Shown piece after piece: positions 39,107 to 51,598 of a stretch of 64,000 nt of DNA. The stretch's first letter is position 1, and every line of letters starts with the position of its first letter. The notes under the pieces are model-generated. The model was given only the letters and a program-made list of their open reading frames with translations, ran no database searches and was not told the origin of the DNA. Source of the DNA: Klebsiella pneumoniae (GTDB lineage Bacteria > Pseudomonadota > Gammaproteobacteria > Burkholderiales > UBA3065); contig CAMDGF010000004.1 of NCBI GenBank assembly GCA_945897555.1, positions 41,450 through 105,449 of the forward strand, given 5' to 3'. The translations under genes and the position numbers were made by a program.

Positions 39107-42100
39107 ATGCGCCTGACGCAGATCCGCCTCGCCGGCTTCAAGAGCTTCGTCGACCCCATGCAGATCCCGCTGGTGGGCCAGCTGGTGGGCGTGGTGGGGC
39201 CCAATGGCTGCGGCAAGTCCAACATCATCGACGCGGTGCGTTGGGTGCTGGGCGAATCGGCTGCCGGCCGTCTGCGCGGCGAATCGCTTCAGGACGTGAT
39301 CTTTAGCGGTTCGCAAGGGCGCAAGCCAGTGTCGCGCGCATCCGTGGAGCTGCTCTTTGACAACCGCGAGGGTCGCGCGCCGGGGCAATGGGCGCCGTTT
39401 GCCGAGATCGCGGTGCGCCGCGTCTACGAGCGCAGCGGCGATTCCAATTACTCCATCAACAACCTGCCGGTGCGCCGCCGCGACATCGCCGACCTCTTCC
39501 TCGGCACCGGCGTGGGCGCGCGCGCCTACGGCATCATCGAGCAGGGTATGGTCAGCCGCATCGTCGAGGCGCGCCCGGAAGAACTGCGCGTGTTCCTCGA
39601 GGAGGCCGCTGGTGTGTCGCGCTACCGGGAGCGTCGCAAGGAGACCGAGGGCCGCCTGGGCGACGCCCGCATCAACCTCGACCGCGTCGAGGACGTGATG
39701 CACACGCTGGATGAGCAGATCGCGCGGCTCACCACGCAGGCCGCGGCTGCACAGCGCTACCGCGATCTTTCTGCCGAGCTGCGCGAGGCGCAGTCGACCC
39801 TGCTCGGTCTGCGCGCCTACCTTGCCAGCGAGCAGGCGCGCGCGGCGGAATCCGCCATCACCAGCGCCGAGACCGCCATCGAGGCGCAGATGGCCCAGGT
39901 GCGCGCGCTCGAGGCCGAGGTCGAGACGCTGCGGCAGGTCCAGGTGGGCGCCGGCGACTTGCTGGCCGAGCGTCAAGCTGCCATGTATGCCGCGGGTGCC
40001 GAGGTGTCGCGTATCGAGCAGAGCATCAACCATCGGCAGCAGACCCGCGCCGCGCTGGGTGGCCGGGTGGAGACGCAGCTGCGCCGGCAGTCGGAGGAGG
40101 CCGAGCGCGCACGGCAACTCGTGGCGAGCCAGGCCGGTCTGGCGCTGGAGCTGGCAACGGCGCACGCCGCTGCCGAGGCCGCTCGTGCTGCGCAGCAGCA
40201 GGCCGAAGCCGCCGCACAATCTGCCGAGGCTGCCGAATCCATGGCTCGCGAGGCGCTCGAGGATGCTGCCGCCGAGCGGCAGAGTGCGCGCGGCGCGGTG
40301 CAGGTGGCTGAATCCGAGGTGCGGCTCATCGAGCAGCGGCAGCAGACCGCGGCGCGTAACCTGACGCGATTGGAGCAGGAGGCGGCAGCGCTTGTGGGGC
40401 AGGGCGGTGTCGCGGATGGCGGATCGCGGGCGTCCGCTGTATCGGGGGGGGGCGCGAGCGGCGCCGCCGGGCTTGGTTCAGGCGAGCGCGACGCGGGTGC
40501 CGCGCAGACCGCCGCCGAGCGCATCGAAGGCCTGCGCGCCATGCTCGACGAGCAGGCCGCGCTTGCCGCGCGCCTGCAGGCGGATATCGCCGACCGCGAG
40601 CCGCAACTCGCCACCCAGCGCGACCACCTCACGCAGCACGCGCGCCAACTCGCTGCCGCCGAGGCGCGGGTGGATGCACTGGCGCAGCAGCGCGCACGGC
40701 AGGGGGCCGCGTTGCGGCCGTGGCTGGAGGGGCAGGGCCTCGCCGCTCGCCCCAGCCTGATCGACGGCCTGCGTGTTCGTGCCGGCTGGGAAGCCGCCTT
40801 CGAGGCGCTGCTCGGCCACCGGCTACAGGCACGCCGGGTCGATTCGCTGGCTTCGCTCGCTGCGCTCGATGGCCTGCCGCCGACGCTGGCGCTGGTGGAG
40901 GCGTGTGGCGGGGCAGAGGGCGCATCGGCCGCGGACAGCACGCCCTCCGCATCCGACGCGCGCGCCTTGGGGCGCTTGCCAGCCGGTGGCCTGCCCGCGC
41001 TCGCGAGCCTCATCGAACACGTCGATCCGCCGCTGGCTGCTGCTGTGCACAGCCTGCTCGCCGGTGTCTTCGCTGTCGATTCGCTCGCCGGCGCGCTCGC
41101 TGCCCGCGCGGGCCTCGCCGATGGCCAGCAACTGGTCTGCCCGGAGGGTGCGCTGGTGTGGCGTCATGGTCTGCTGGTGGGTGGTCGCGGCGGCGAACTC
41201 TCGGTGCAGGCCGACCTCGCCGCGGCGCAGGCCGAGACCGCTCGTCTGGCAGAGCTTCGCATGCCGCTGCAGGGCGAGCTCGAGGCCCTGCAGACGCGCC
41301 AGCGTGACGAGCAGTCGCGCTTCGCCGCGCTGCAAGGTCCCATCGAGACGACGCGCCGCGAGTTGCAGCAACTCGAGGTGGCCGAGGCCCGCCGGCGCGA
41401 GGTGGAGGCACAGCGAGCGGAACGCCGCGCCGCGTTGGACACCGATATGGCCCGCCTGCGCGACGAGCAGATCGCCGATGCCGATGCCTTGCTCGCCGCT
41501 CGCGCCGAGTTGGCCAGCTTCGCTGGCGAGGCCAGCGCCGTCGAGGCACTCTGGCAGGATCGTCAGGCCGCACACGTCGATGCCCGCGAGGCCGCGCAGT
41601 CTGCCCGCGAGACGCGCCGCAACGCCGAGCGCAGTGCACAGGAGGCGGGCTATCGCGTGCAGACGCTGCAGACGCGCAGCACCGATCTGCACAACTCGCT
41701 CGCTGCCAATGCCCGCCGCGCGCAGCAGATCGCCGATGAGCTCGCTGCCATGCAGGCCGAACTCGCCGCACTCGACGAGCAGACCCTGCCGCAGGCACTG
41801 GCCGCTGCGGTGCAAGCGCGTCAGGCTGCAGAGGCGGCGCTGGGGGCTGCGCGCGAAGCGGCCGAAGTGGCCGTCGGCGCCCTGCGCGAGCGCGAGCAGC
41901 AGCGCATGAGCGCTGACCACGCCGTCAGCCCGCTGCGCGAGCAGTTGGGCGCCCTGCGGGTGCGAGTAGAGGCCGCCGTGCAGCAGCGCGACCAGCAACT
42001 CGAGCAACTTGTCGCCATGGGCATCCGCCCGGATCAGGTGCAGGTGCCCGAGGACACCGACGAGGAGCCCTGGCGCCGCCGCACTGCGCGCTTGCAGCGC

Positions 42101-42727
42101 GAGATCGACGCGCTGGGGGATGTCAACCTTGCCGCCATCGGCGAACTGGCCGAAGCCACCGAGCGGCGTGGCTTCCTCGAATCGCAGGCCACCGACCTGC
42201 GAACCGCCATCGAGACGCTCGAGGACGCCATCCGCCGCATCGATCGCGACAGCCGCGAGCGCCTGCAGCACACCTTCGACGAGGTCAACAAGGGGTTGAG
42301 CGAACTCTTCCCGGCCATGTTCGGCGGTGGCGATGCGCGGCTCGAACTCACCGGCGACGAGATCCTCGATGCCGGCCTGCATCTCACCGCACACCCGCCT
42401 GGCAAGCGCAACAGCACGCTGGCGCTGCTCTCGGGCGGCGAGAAGGCGCTCACAGCGTTGGCGCTGGTGTTCGCCCTGTTCCGCCTCAACCCGGCGCCGT
42501 TCTGCTTGCTCGATGAGGTCGACGCGCCACTCGACGACACCAACACCGAGCGCTTCTGTCAGCTGGTGCGGCGCATGTCGGCACAGACCCAGTTCATCTT
42601 CATCACCCACAACAAGATCACGATGGAGATGGCGACGCAGTTGGTGGGCGTGACCATGCCTGAGCCGGGTGTGTCGCGCGTGGTGGCGGTGGACGTGGCC
42701 GAGGCGGTGCGGCTGGCGGCGGCATGA
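39107..42727 (+). CDS. smc: Chromosome partition protein Smc
   Basis: 1206 aa with an N-terminal Walker A (GPNGCGKSNIIDAVRWVLGE), long Ala/Glu/Arg coiled coils, a hinge, and C-terminal LSGGEKALTALALVFALF...LDEVDAPLDD. Confidence 0.95.
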   Translation: MRLTQIRLAGFKSFVDPMQIPLVGQLVGVVGPNGCGKSNIIDAVRWVLGESAAGRLRGESLQDVIFSGSQGRKPVSRASVELLFDNREGRAPGQWAPFAEIAVRRVYERSGDSNYSINNLPVRRRDIADLFLGTGVGARAYGIIEQGMVSRIVEARPEELRVFLEEAAGVSRYRERRKETEGRLGDARINLDRVEDVMHTLDEQIARLTTQAAAAQRYRDLSAELREAQSTLLGLRAYLASEQARAAESAITSAETAIEAQMAQVRALEAEVETLRQVQVGAGDLLAERQAAMYAAGAEVSRIEQSINHRQQTRAALGGRVETQLRRQSEEAERARQLVASQAGLALELATAHAAAEAARAAQQQAEAAAQSAEAAESMAREALEDAAAERQSARGAVQVAESEVRLIEQRQQTAARNLTRLEQEAAALVGQGGVADGGSRASAVSGGGASGAAGLGSGERDAGAAQTAAERIEGLRAMLDEQAALAARLQADIADREPQLATQRDHLTQHARQLAAAEARVDALAQQRARQGAALRPWLEGQGLAARPSLIDGLRVRAGWEAAFEALLGHRLQARRVDSLASLAALDGLPPTLALVEACGGAEGASAADSTPSASDARALGRLPAGGLPALASLIEHVDPPLAAAVHSLLAGVFAVDSLAGALAARAGLADGQQLVCPEGALVWRHGLLVGGRGGELSVQADLAAAQAETARLAELRMPLQGELEALQTRQRDEQSRFAALQGPIETTRRELQQLEVAEARRREVEAQRAERRAALDTDMARLRDEQIADADALLAARAELASFAGEASAVEALWQDRQAAHVDAREAAQSARETRRNAERSAQEAGYRVQTLQTRSTDLHNSLAANARRAQQIADELAAMQAELAALDEQTLPQALAAAVQARQAAEAALGAAREAAEVAVGALREREQQRMSADHAVSPLREQLGALRVRVEAAVQQRDQQLEQLVAMGIRPDQVQVPEDTDEEPWRRRTARLQREIDALGDVNLAAIGELAEATERRGFLESQATDLRTAIETLEDAIRRIDRDSRERLQHTFDEVNKGLSELFPAMFGGGDARLELTGDEILDAGLHLTAHPPGKRNSTLALLSGGEKALTALALVFALFRLNPAPFCLLDEVDAPLDDTNTERFCQLVRRMSAQTQFIFITHNKITMEMATQLVGVTMPEPGVSRVVAVDVAEAVRLAAA

Positions 42728-42821
42728 GTCGCTCGCAAGCAGCACTGCCGCACATGCCCGTTGCCCCTATAATTCAGCGACTTGGTCGGGATTCCTCGAC
42801 CGCTCCCGAGACCGCGGCGAC

Positions 42822-46303
<3,482 letters not shown>

Positions 46304-46367
46304 GGCTCGCGGAATTAAAAAAGTGACTACATAATGATTAGTTCCATAAATGGTGAGAGCTTGAGCC

Positions 46368-46946
46368 ATGGTGATCAGCATGACAGGTGAGCGTGTGCGT
46401 GCGCCGGACCCGGCGACCGTGCTGGAGCAGTCCGACTGCCTGGCCGATGCCGAGACGGTGCGGGCCGCCATCACGCGTATGGCCGACCGCATCAATGAGG
46501 ACCTCGGCAACCAGGTCGTGATGGTCTGCCCGCTGCTCAACGGTTCCCTGCCGTTCGCCGGCATGCTGTTGCCGCAACTCAAGATGCCACTGCGCCTCGA
46601 TGCCATTCAGGTGAGCCGCTACGGCTTTGAGACCCGCGGCAGGGATCTCGAGTGGCTGTCGCCGATGCCGGATGTCAAAGGTGAGACGGTGTTGCTGCTC
46701 GATGATGTGCTCGATGCCGGGGTCACCCTCACGCTGGTGCGTGCGGCGGTGCTCGCCGCCGGGGCGCGCCGTTGCATCGTGGCAGTGCTCACTGAGAAGA
46801 ACACACTGCGCCCTAAACCCATCGAGGCCGACTACGTGGCACTCGAGATGCCCGACCGCTACATCTTCGGTATGGGCATGGACGTGTTCGGCTGGTGGCG
46901 CAACCTCCCTGGCATCCACGCCATGCGGGAGGCCAACGACCCGTGA
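46368..46946 (+). CDS. hpt: Hypoxanthine/guanine phosphoribosyltransferase
   Basis: 192 aa with the PRPP motif VLLLDDVLDAGVTL and FGMGMD. The AT-rich region 46310-46360 upstream is the probable promoter. Confidence 0.8.
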   Translation: MVISMTGERVRAPDPATVLEQSDCLADAETVRAAITRMADRINEDLGNQVVMVCPLLNGSLPFAGMLLPQLKMPLRLDAIQVSRYGFETRGRDLEWLSPMPDVKGETVLLLDDVLDAGVTLTLVRAAVLAAGARRCIVAVLTEKNTLRPKPIEADYVALEMPDRYIFGMGMDVFGWWRNLPGIHAMREANDP

Positions 46947-46956
46947 CGGCCGGCTG

Positions 46957-47709
46957 ATGCTGGCCGTCATCGGTGGCAGCGGCTTCGGCCGCTGGGATGC
47001 CCTGTGCGTGACAGGCCGCAGCCATGCGGACACCGCTTGGGGCGTGCCCTCGGCGCCGCTCGTCCGCGGCAGCGTGGCCGGCTGTGAGGTCCTCTTCCTC
47101 GCTCGCCACGGCGATCCGCATCGCATCGCCCCGCACCTCATCAACTACCGCGCCAACATCGCTGCGCTGCGCGACGCTGGTGTGCGGCGGGTGGTGGCCT
47201 TCGCCTCGGTGGGTGGCATCGCGGGTGGGCTCGGCGCCGGCAGCATCGTTGTCCCTGACGGCATCCTCGACTACACCCATTCGCGGGCCCACACCTTTGT
47301 CGACGAGCAGGTTGAGGCGGTGACCCACATCGATTTCACTCACCCTTTCGAGCCACGACTACGGGCCAGCCTGCTGGCCGCAGCCGCGCGGGCTGGCATC
47401 GCCGTACGCGAGGGCGGCACTTACGCTGCCACGCAGGGGCCGCGACTCGAAAGCGCCGCCGAGGTCCGCCGATTGGAGCGCGACGGCGCCGACATCGTCG
47501 GCATGACCGGCATGCCTGAGGCCGCATTGGCGCGCGAGGCTGGCCTTGCTTACGCCATGCTTGCAGTGGTGGCCAACGATGCCGCTGGCAAGGGCGAGAG
47601 TGAGCAATCGGTTGCTCTGGAGGCTGCGCAGGCGCGTTTCGATGCGGGCATGGCCGCTGCGCGCGAGGTGCTTCTGGCGCTGCTTCGCGGCGAAGCGGAG
47701 AACACTTGA
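46957..47709 (+). CDS. S-methyl-5'-thioadenosine/thioinosine phosphorylase (MTAP/MTIP family)
   Basis: Start trimmed to [41 protein letters not shown] and [21 protein letters not shown] closely resemble the Pseudomonas MTIP/MTAP sequences I recall. Confidence 0.85.
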   Translation: MLAVIGGSGFGRWDALCVTGRSHADTAWGVPSAPLVRGSVAGCEVLFLARHGDPHRIAPHLINYRANIAALRDAGVRRVVAFASVGGIAGGLGAGSIVVPDGILDYTHSRAHTFVDEQVEAVTHIDFTHPFEPRLRASLLAAAARAGIAVREGGTYAATQGPRLESAAEVRRLERDGADIVGMTGMPEAALAREAGLAYAMLAVVANDAAGKGESEQSVALEAAQARFDAGMAAAREVLLALLRGEAENT

Positions 47710-48242
47710 TGGCGGTGCGTCCGGTCTTGCGCATGGGTGACAGCCGCCTGCTCGAGGTCTCCACGCCAGTGAGCGCTTTTGGCACCCCCGAACTGCGCGC
47801 ACTGGTGCAGGACATGCGGGACACCATGGCGGCGATGAACGGCGCCGGCATCGCTGCGCCGCAGATCGGCGTGGCCTTGCAGGTGGTCATCTTTGGCGTG
47901 GGTGCCAACCCGCGCTATCCGGACGCTGGCGAGGTGCCATACACCGTGCTCTGCAACCCGGCCATCACGCCCTTGGACGATCGTCAAGAAGACGGCTGGG
48001 AGGGCTGCCTGTCGGTGCCGGGCATGCGCGGCGTCGTGCCGCGCCATGTGCGCGTGCGTTACACGGGCTGCGACCTCGACGGCGATCCGATCGACCGCAC
48101 GGTCGAGGGCTTCCACGCGCGGGTGGTGCAGCACGAGTGCGATCACCTCTGGGGCATCCTTTACCCCATGCGCATCCGCGACATGAGCCGCTTCGGCTTT
48201 ACCGAAGAGCTGTTCCCGGGCCAGGATCTGGCCGACGATTGA
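47709..48242 (+). CDS. def: Peptide deformylase
   Basis: [18 protein letters not shown] and the metal motif QHECDHL. The ATG overlaps the upstream stop (TGATG). Confidence 0.93.
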   Translation: MAVRPVLRMGDSRLLEVSTPVSAFGTPELRALVQDMRDTMAAMNGAGIAAPQIGVALQVVIFGVGANPRYPDAGEVPYTVLCNPAITPLDDRQEDGWEGCLSVPGMRGVVPRHVRVRYTGCDLDGDPIDRTVEGFHARVVQHECDHLWGILYPMRIRDMSRFGFTEELFPGQDLADD

Positions 48243-48364
48243 GCGGCTGCTGGAGGCTACACGCTGCCGGGCAGAGGGCCGGCGTTCGGCCCCAGTAAGC
48301 GTCTTGGCCCCGCACTTGGGGGCCGAAGACTTTGCATCAGCCTGTTGGCGTCACGCTCGCGGTG

Positions 48365-49327
48365 TCACCGGATGTCGATGCCGCCCAGTGCCTTGGCCAT
48401 GGCCGTACCCGCCGCAGCGCCCAGGCGCTTGGCCAGACGCTCCGCTATGTCGGGACGGGCTGTGTAGTCCACCACATCCTCGGCTTCGATGACCTCGCGC
48501 GCGACGCTGCCGGCACTGCCCACCGCATCGGCCAGGCCGAGTTCGATGGCCTGCGTGCCAGTCCACATCAGCCCGCCGAACAGCTGGCCATCGTCTTTGA
48601 GGCGATCGCCCCGGCCCTGTTTCACCGCATCGATGAACTGCGCATGGATGCTGTCGAGCAACTTGCGGGCGTGCGCCACCTCGTCGGGCTTGGTGGGCGC
48701 GAAGGGGTCGAGGAATGCCTTGTTCTCGCCGGCGGTGAGCACACGCCGCTCCACGCCAAGGCGCTCCATGCCGCCTGTGAAGCCGAAGCCGTTCATGATC
48801 ACGCCGATCGAGCCGACGATGCTCGAGGGGTTCACGTGGATCTGGTCGGCCGCAGCAGCGATGTAGTAGCCGCCCGAGGCGCAGATGTCGCCGACCACCG
48901 CATGCACCGGCGTGTCTTGGTGCAGGGCACGCAGGCGACGGATCTCGCGGTAGATGAGGTCGGATTGCACCGGGCTGCCGCCAGGGCTGTCGATCTGCAG
49001 CACCACGCCCTTGACGTACGGATTGTCGAAGGCTTCTTGCAGTGCTTCGGTGACACGATCGGCCGAAGCCTCACCGTTGTCCTCGATCACGCCCTCGATG
49101 CGCACCAGCGCCGTATGCGCGCCAGTGGGGCCGACATTGCTGCCGCCGCGCGACATCACCGCCGCGATGGCTGCTGCAGCGATCAGCACGTAGAGGATGC
49201 GAAAGCCGATGTTCCAGCGGCGGGCGCGACGGCGCTCATCGAGTGTCTCGCGCAACAACTCGGCGAGCGCCTGGTTGCTGCTGTCGGTGGCGGAGGTTCC
49301 GGGGGTGGCGGTGTCAGGGGTGTTCAT
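48365..49327 (-). CDS. sppA: Signal peptide peptidase SppA, 36K type (S49 family)
   Basis: 320 aa with an N-terminal TM segment, GVVLQIDSPGGSPVQS and ASGGYYIAAAAD (catalytic Ser region). Confidence 0.85.
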   Translation of the reverse strand: MNTPDTATPGTSATDSSNQALAELLRETLDERRRARRWNIGFRILYVLIAAAAIAAVMSRGGSNVGPTGAHTALVRIEGVIEDNGEASADRVTEALQEAFDNPYVKGVVLQIDSPGGSPVQSDLIYREIRRLRALHQDTPVHAVVGDICASGGYYIAAAADQIHVNPSSIVGSIGVIMNGFGFTGGMERLGVERRVLTAGENKAFLDPFAPTKPDEVAHARKLLDSIHAQFIDAVKQGRGDRLKDDGQLFGGLMWTGTQAIELGLADAVGSAGSVAREVIEAEDVVDYTARPDIAERLAKRLGAAAGTAMAKALGGIDIR

Positions 49328-49433
49328 GTCTCGGGTGCCTGCGCGCTGGGATCTGTGACGTCTCGGAGTGCCGGCGCTCCGGCGAGTTCACTGCCACGGC
49401 ATGTCTAGACCGCCACCTTGGCGCGACCACGCT

Positions 49434-50096
49434 TCAGACCGGCCGCAGAAAATCCGCCAGTTGCGCCCAGTCGTCCACGCACAGGCGCGTGGCCTGACCG
49501 TGCAGCGCGGTCACTGGATGCGCGCCAAAGGTCACGCCGACAAAGGCGGTGCCTGCCGATTCGGCCATGAGCCGGTCGTGGCTGGTGTCGCCGATCATCA
49601 GCGTGCGATCCGGCGCGCAGCCGAACTCGGTCATCAGCTCCAGCAACATGGCTGGATGTGGCTTGGGGTGCGTCTCGTCGGCGCAGCGTGAGCCATGGAA
49701 CAGGGGGCCGAGTCCGGTGGTGCCGAATTGTCGGTCGAGCCCAGCGCGACTCTTGCCGGTGGCCACAGCCAGCCCGGCGCCGCAGCCGGACAGCCAGTGC
49801 AGCAGATCGCGGGCGCCATCGAAGGGCTGGATCTGGCCGTGTGCATCGCGGCTCAGGAACAGCCGTTTGTAATGCTCCACCACACCCTGCAACACGGCGC
49901 GGGGCTGGCCCGGGAAGCAATACGCGAGCGCATCGTCCAGGCCGAGGCCGATGACGTGCCGAGCGTTGTCGAGCGAGGGTTGCGGCGCACCGGCCGCGTC
50001 GGCCGCGTCGAGGATGCATTGCGCGATCATGCCGGCCGAATCCACCACGGTGCCGTCCCAGTCGAAGACGATGAGATCGAAATGAGCGGCGCTCAA
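49434..50096 (-). CDS. HAD-IA family hydrolase (phosphoglycolate phosphatase-like)
   Basis: DLIVFDWDGTVVDS (motif I), ATGKSR (II), MIGDTSHD (IV). Sits at the conserved rluC-HAD-sppA position. Confidence 0.8.
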   Translation of the reverse strand: MSAAHFDLIVFDWDGTVVDSAGMIAQCILDAADAAGAPQPSLDNARHVIGLGLDDALAYCFPGQPRAVLQGVVEHYKRLFLSRDAHGQIQPFDGARDLLHWLSGCGAGLAVATGKSRAGLDRQFGTTGLGPLFHGSRCADETHPKPHPAMLLELMTEFGCAPDRTLMIGDTSHDRLMAESAGTAFVGVTFGAHPVTALHGQATRLCVDDWAQLADFLRPV

Positions 50097-51211
50097 GGGG
50101 CGGTCTCCAGCGTGCGATCGAGACGATCCAGCCGCGCCACGAATCCGGCCAATGCGGGTGGCAGCGGGGCTTCCACGGTCATCGTCTCGCCGCTGGCCGG
50201 GTGGGTGAAGGACATGCGCGCGGCGTGCAAGAACATACGCTTGAGACCCATGCGCGCCAGTTCGTGGTTCCAGTCGTAGTTGCCATACTTGTCGTCGCCG
50301 GCGATGGGGTGGCCAGTGTGGTGCAGGTGGACCCGGATCTGGTGGGTCCGGCCAGTGAGCAGCTCGCAGTCGAGCAGGCAGGCCTGCGGCCAGCGCTGCA
50401 GCAGGCGGAACACCGTCTCGCTGGCCTGGCCATCTTTCGACACGCTCACCCGGCGCTCGCCCTCGGTGGTGACGTACTTCAGCAGTGGTGCCTTCACCGC
50501 GCGCTTGTCGTCACGCCACTTGCCGCTCACCAAGGCGAGGTAGTGCTTGTCGGTGGCGCCGTCGCGGAGTTCGTCGTGCAACCGGCGCAATGCTGAGCGC
50601 TTCTTGGCGAGCAGCAGCACGCCCGAGGTCTCGCGGTCGAGCCGGTGTACCAGTTCGAGGTCGCGCAGCTCCGGGCGCGCCGCACGCACCTGTTCGATCA
50701 GCCCGTGGCTGATGCCGCTGCCACCGTGCACAGCCACGCCCCAGGGCTTGTCGACGATGAGCAGATGGGCATCTTCGAACAGCACCGGAAAGTCGCGCGC
50801 CGGTGCGGGGGAGGTGTCATCGCGCTGCGCCACCCGGATCGGAGGTACGCGCACCGTCTGGCCAACGGCCAACTTGTGCTCGGGCTTGACGCGGCCGCCG
50901 TCCACGCGCACTTCGCCGCTGCGGACGATGCGGTAGATGTGGCTGCGTGGCACGCCCTTGAGCAGTCGCGCCAAAAAGTTGTCGATGCGCTGGCCCTTGC
51001 TGCCCTCATCGACCACTTGCAGCGTGACAGCCTCGCTGGAAGTAGAGGTCGCGGTGGCTCGAGCCGCGGTGGCCGGCACAGCAGCGGCTGACGGGCGGGG
51101 GTCGGCCACGTCGCGCAAAGCGCTTTTGCGCGGCGCGGCGGCAGTCCGTATACTTGGGCCTCCCGCTGGTTGGGTCCGGCGTGGACGATTTCCCTGGTTA
51201 ATGTCGTTCAC
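50093..51211 (-). CDS. rluC: 23S rRNA pseudouridine synthase RluC (RluA family)
   Basis: S4 domain (GQRIDNFLARLLKGVPRSHIYRIVRSGEVRVDG) and catalytic HRLDRETSGVLLLAK. Divergent from rne as in E. coli. The start is uncertain (GTG 51211 or 51220, or TTG further upstream). Confidence 0.85.
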   Translation of the reverse strand: MNDINQGNRPRRTQPAGGPSIRTAAAPRKSALRDVADPRPSAAAVPATAARATATSTSSEAVTLQVVDEGSKGQRIDNFLARLLKGVPRSHIYRIVRSGEVRVDGGRVKPEHKLAVGQTVRVPPIRVAQRDDTSPAPARDFPVLFEDAHLLIVDKPWGVAVHGGSGISHGLIEQVRAARPELRDLELVHRLDRETSGVLLLAKKRSALRRLHDELRDGATDKHYLALVSGKWRDDKRAVKAPLLKYVTTEGERRVSVSKDGQASETVFRLLQRWPQACLLDCELLTGRTHQIRVHLHHTGHPIAGDDKYGNYDWNHELARMGLKRMFLHAARMSFTHPASGETMTVEAPLPPALAGFVARLDRLDRTLETAP

Positions 51212-51598
51212 CAGCTGCACTGTGCAGACAAGCAACGAGTCTACCCAAGATTGCGTGCTCGAGACCGACAAGGTTTTCGGGCGGCGCGTCGAGTCGGAAC
51301 ACAGGCGCACGTTGCGCTGCTTCGCCGGTCGGCGAGGGCTCCCGCAGTCCCCGACCCCCGTTGCAGTGTGCCCCGCGAGCATAGAGTCGGCCCTCCTGGC
51401 CGCGCCCGGTCTGCCCGTTCGCCATCGTTCCCGCCATCGCGCCACCCCAGGCATTGAGTGTCGTTTTGACCATCAGGCAGACCCCCGGAACACACCCGCC
51501 ACGCCACCGCGCCACAGCGCCCGGTGGCGTGCGCGCAGACGCGTCCGTCCGCCCCTAGTCCAGACGCCACACCCCGCTCGAGCGCGCGGGAGAGTCAT
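51212..51598 (+). promoter_or_regulatory. Long rluC-rne intergenic region, the probable structured rne 5' leader
   Basis: ~390 nt without a credible ORF upstream of rne. Contains hairpins such as ACGCCACCG-N12-CGGTGGCGT (51501-51530). E. coli rne has a long autoregulatory 5' UTR. Confidence 0.4.

Noticed and set aside
40823-42745. 640-aa minus-strand ORF and several 200-400-aa ORFs inside smc (39008..40219, 39973..41013, 40773..41909)
   Set aside because: These are shadow ORFs in the repetitive Ala/Glu/Arg coiled-coil coding region of smc. Such codon periodicity keeps all frames open.
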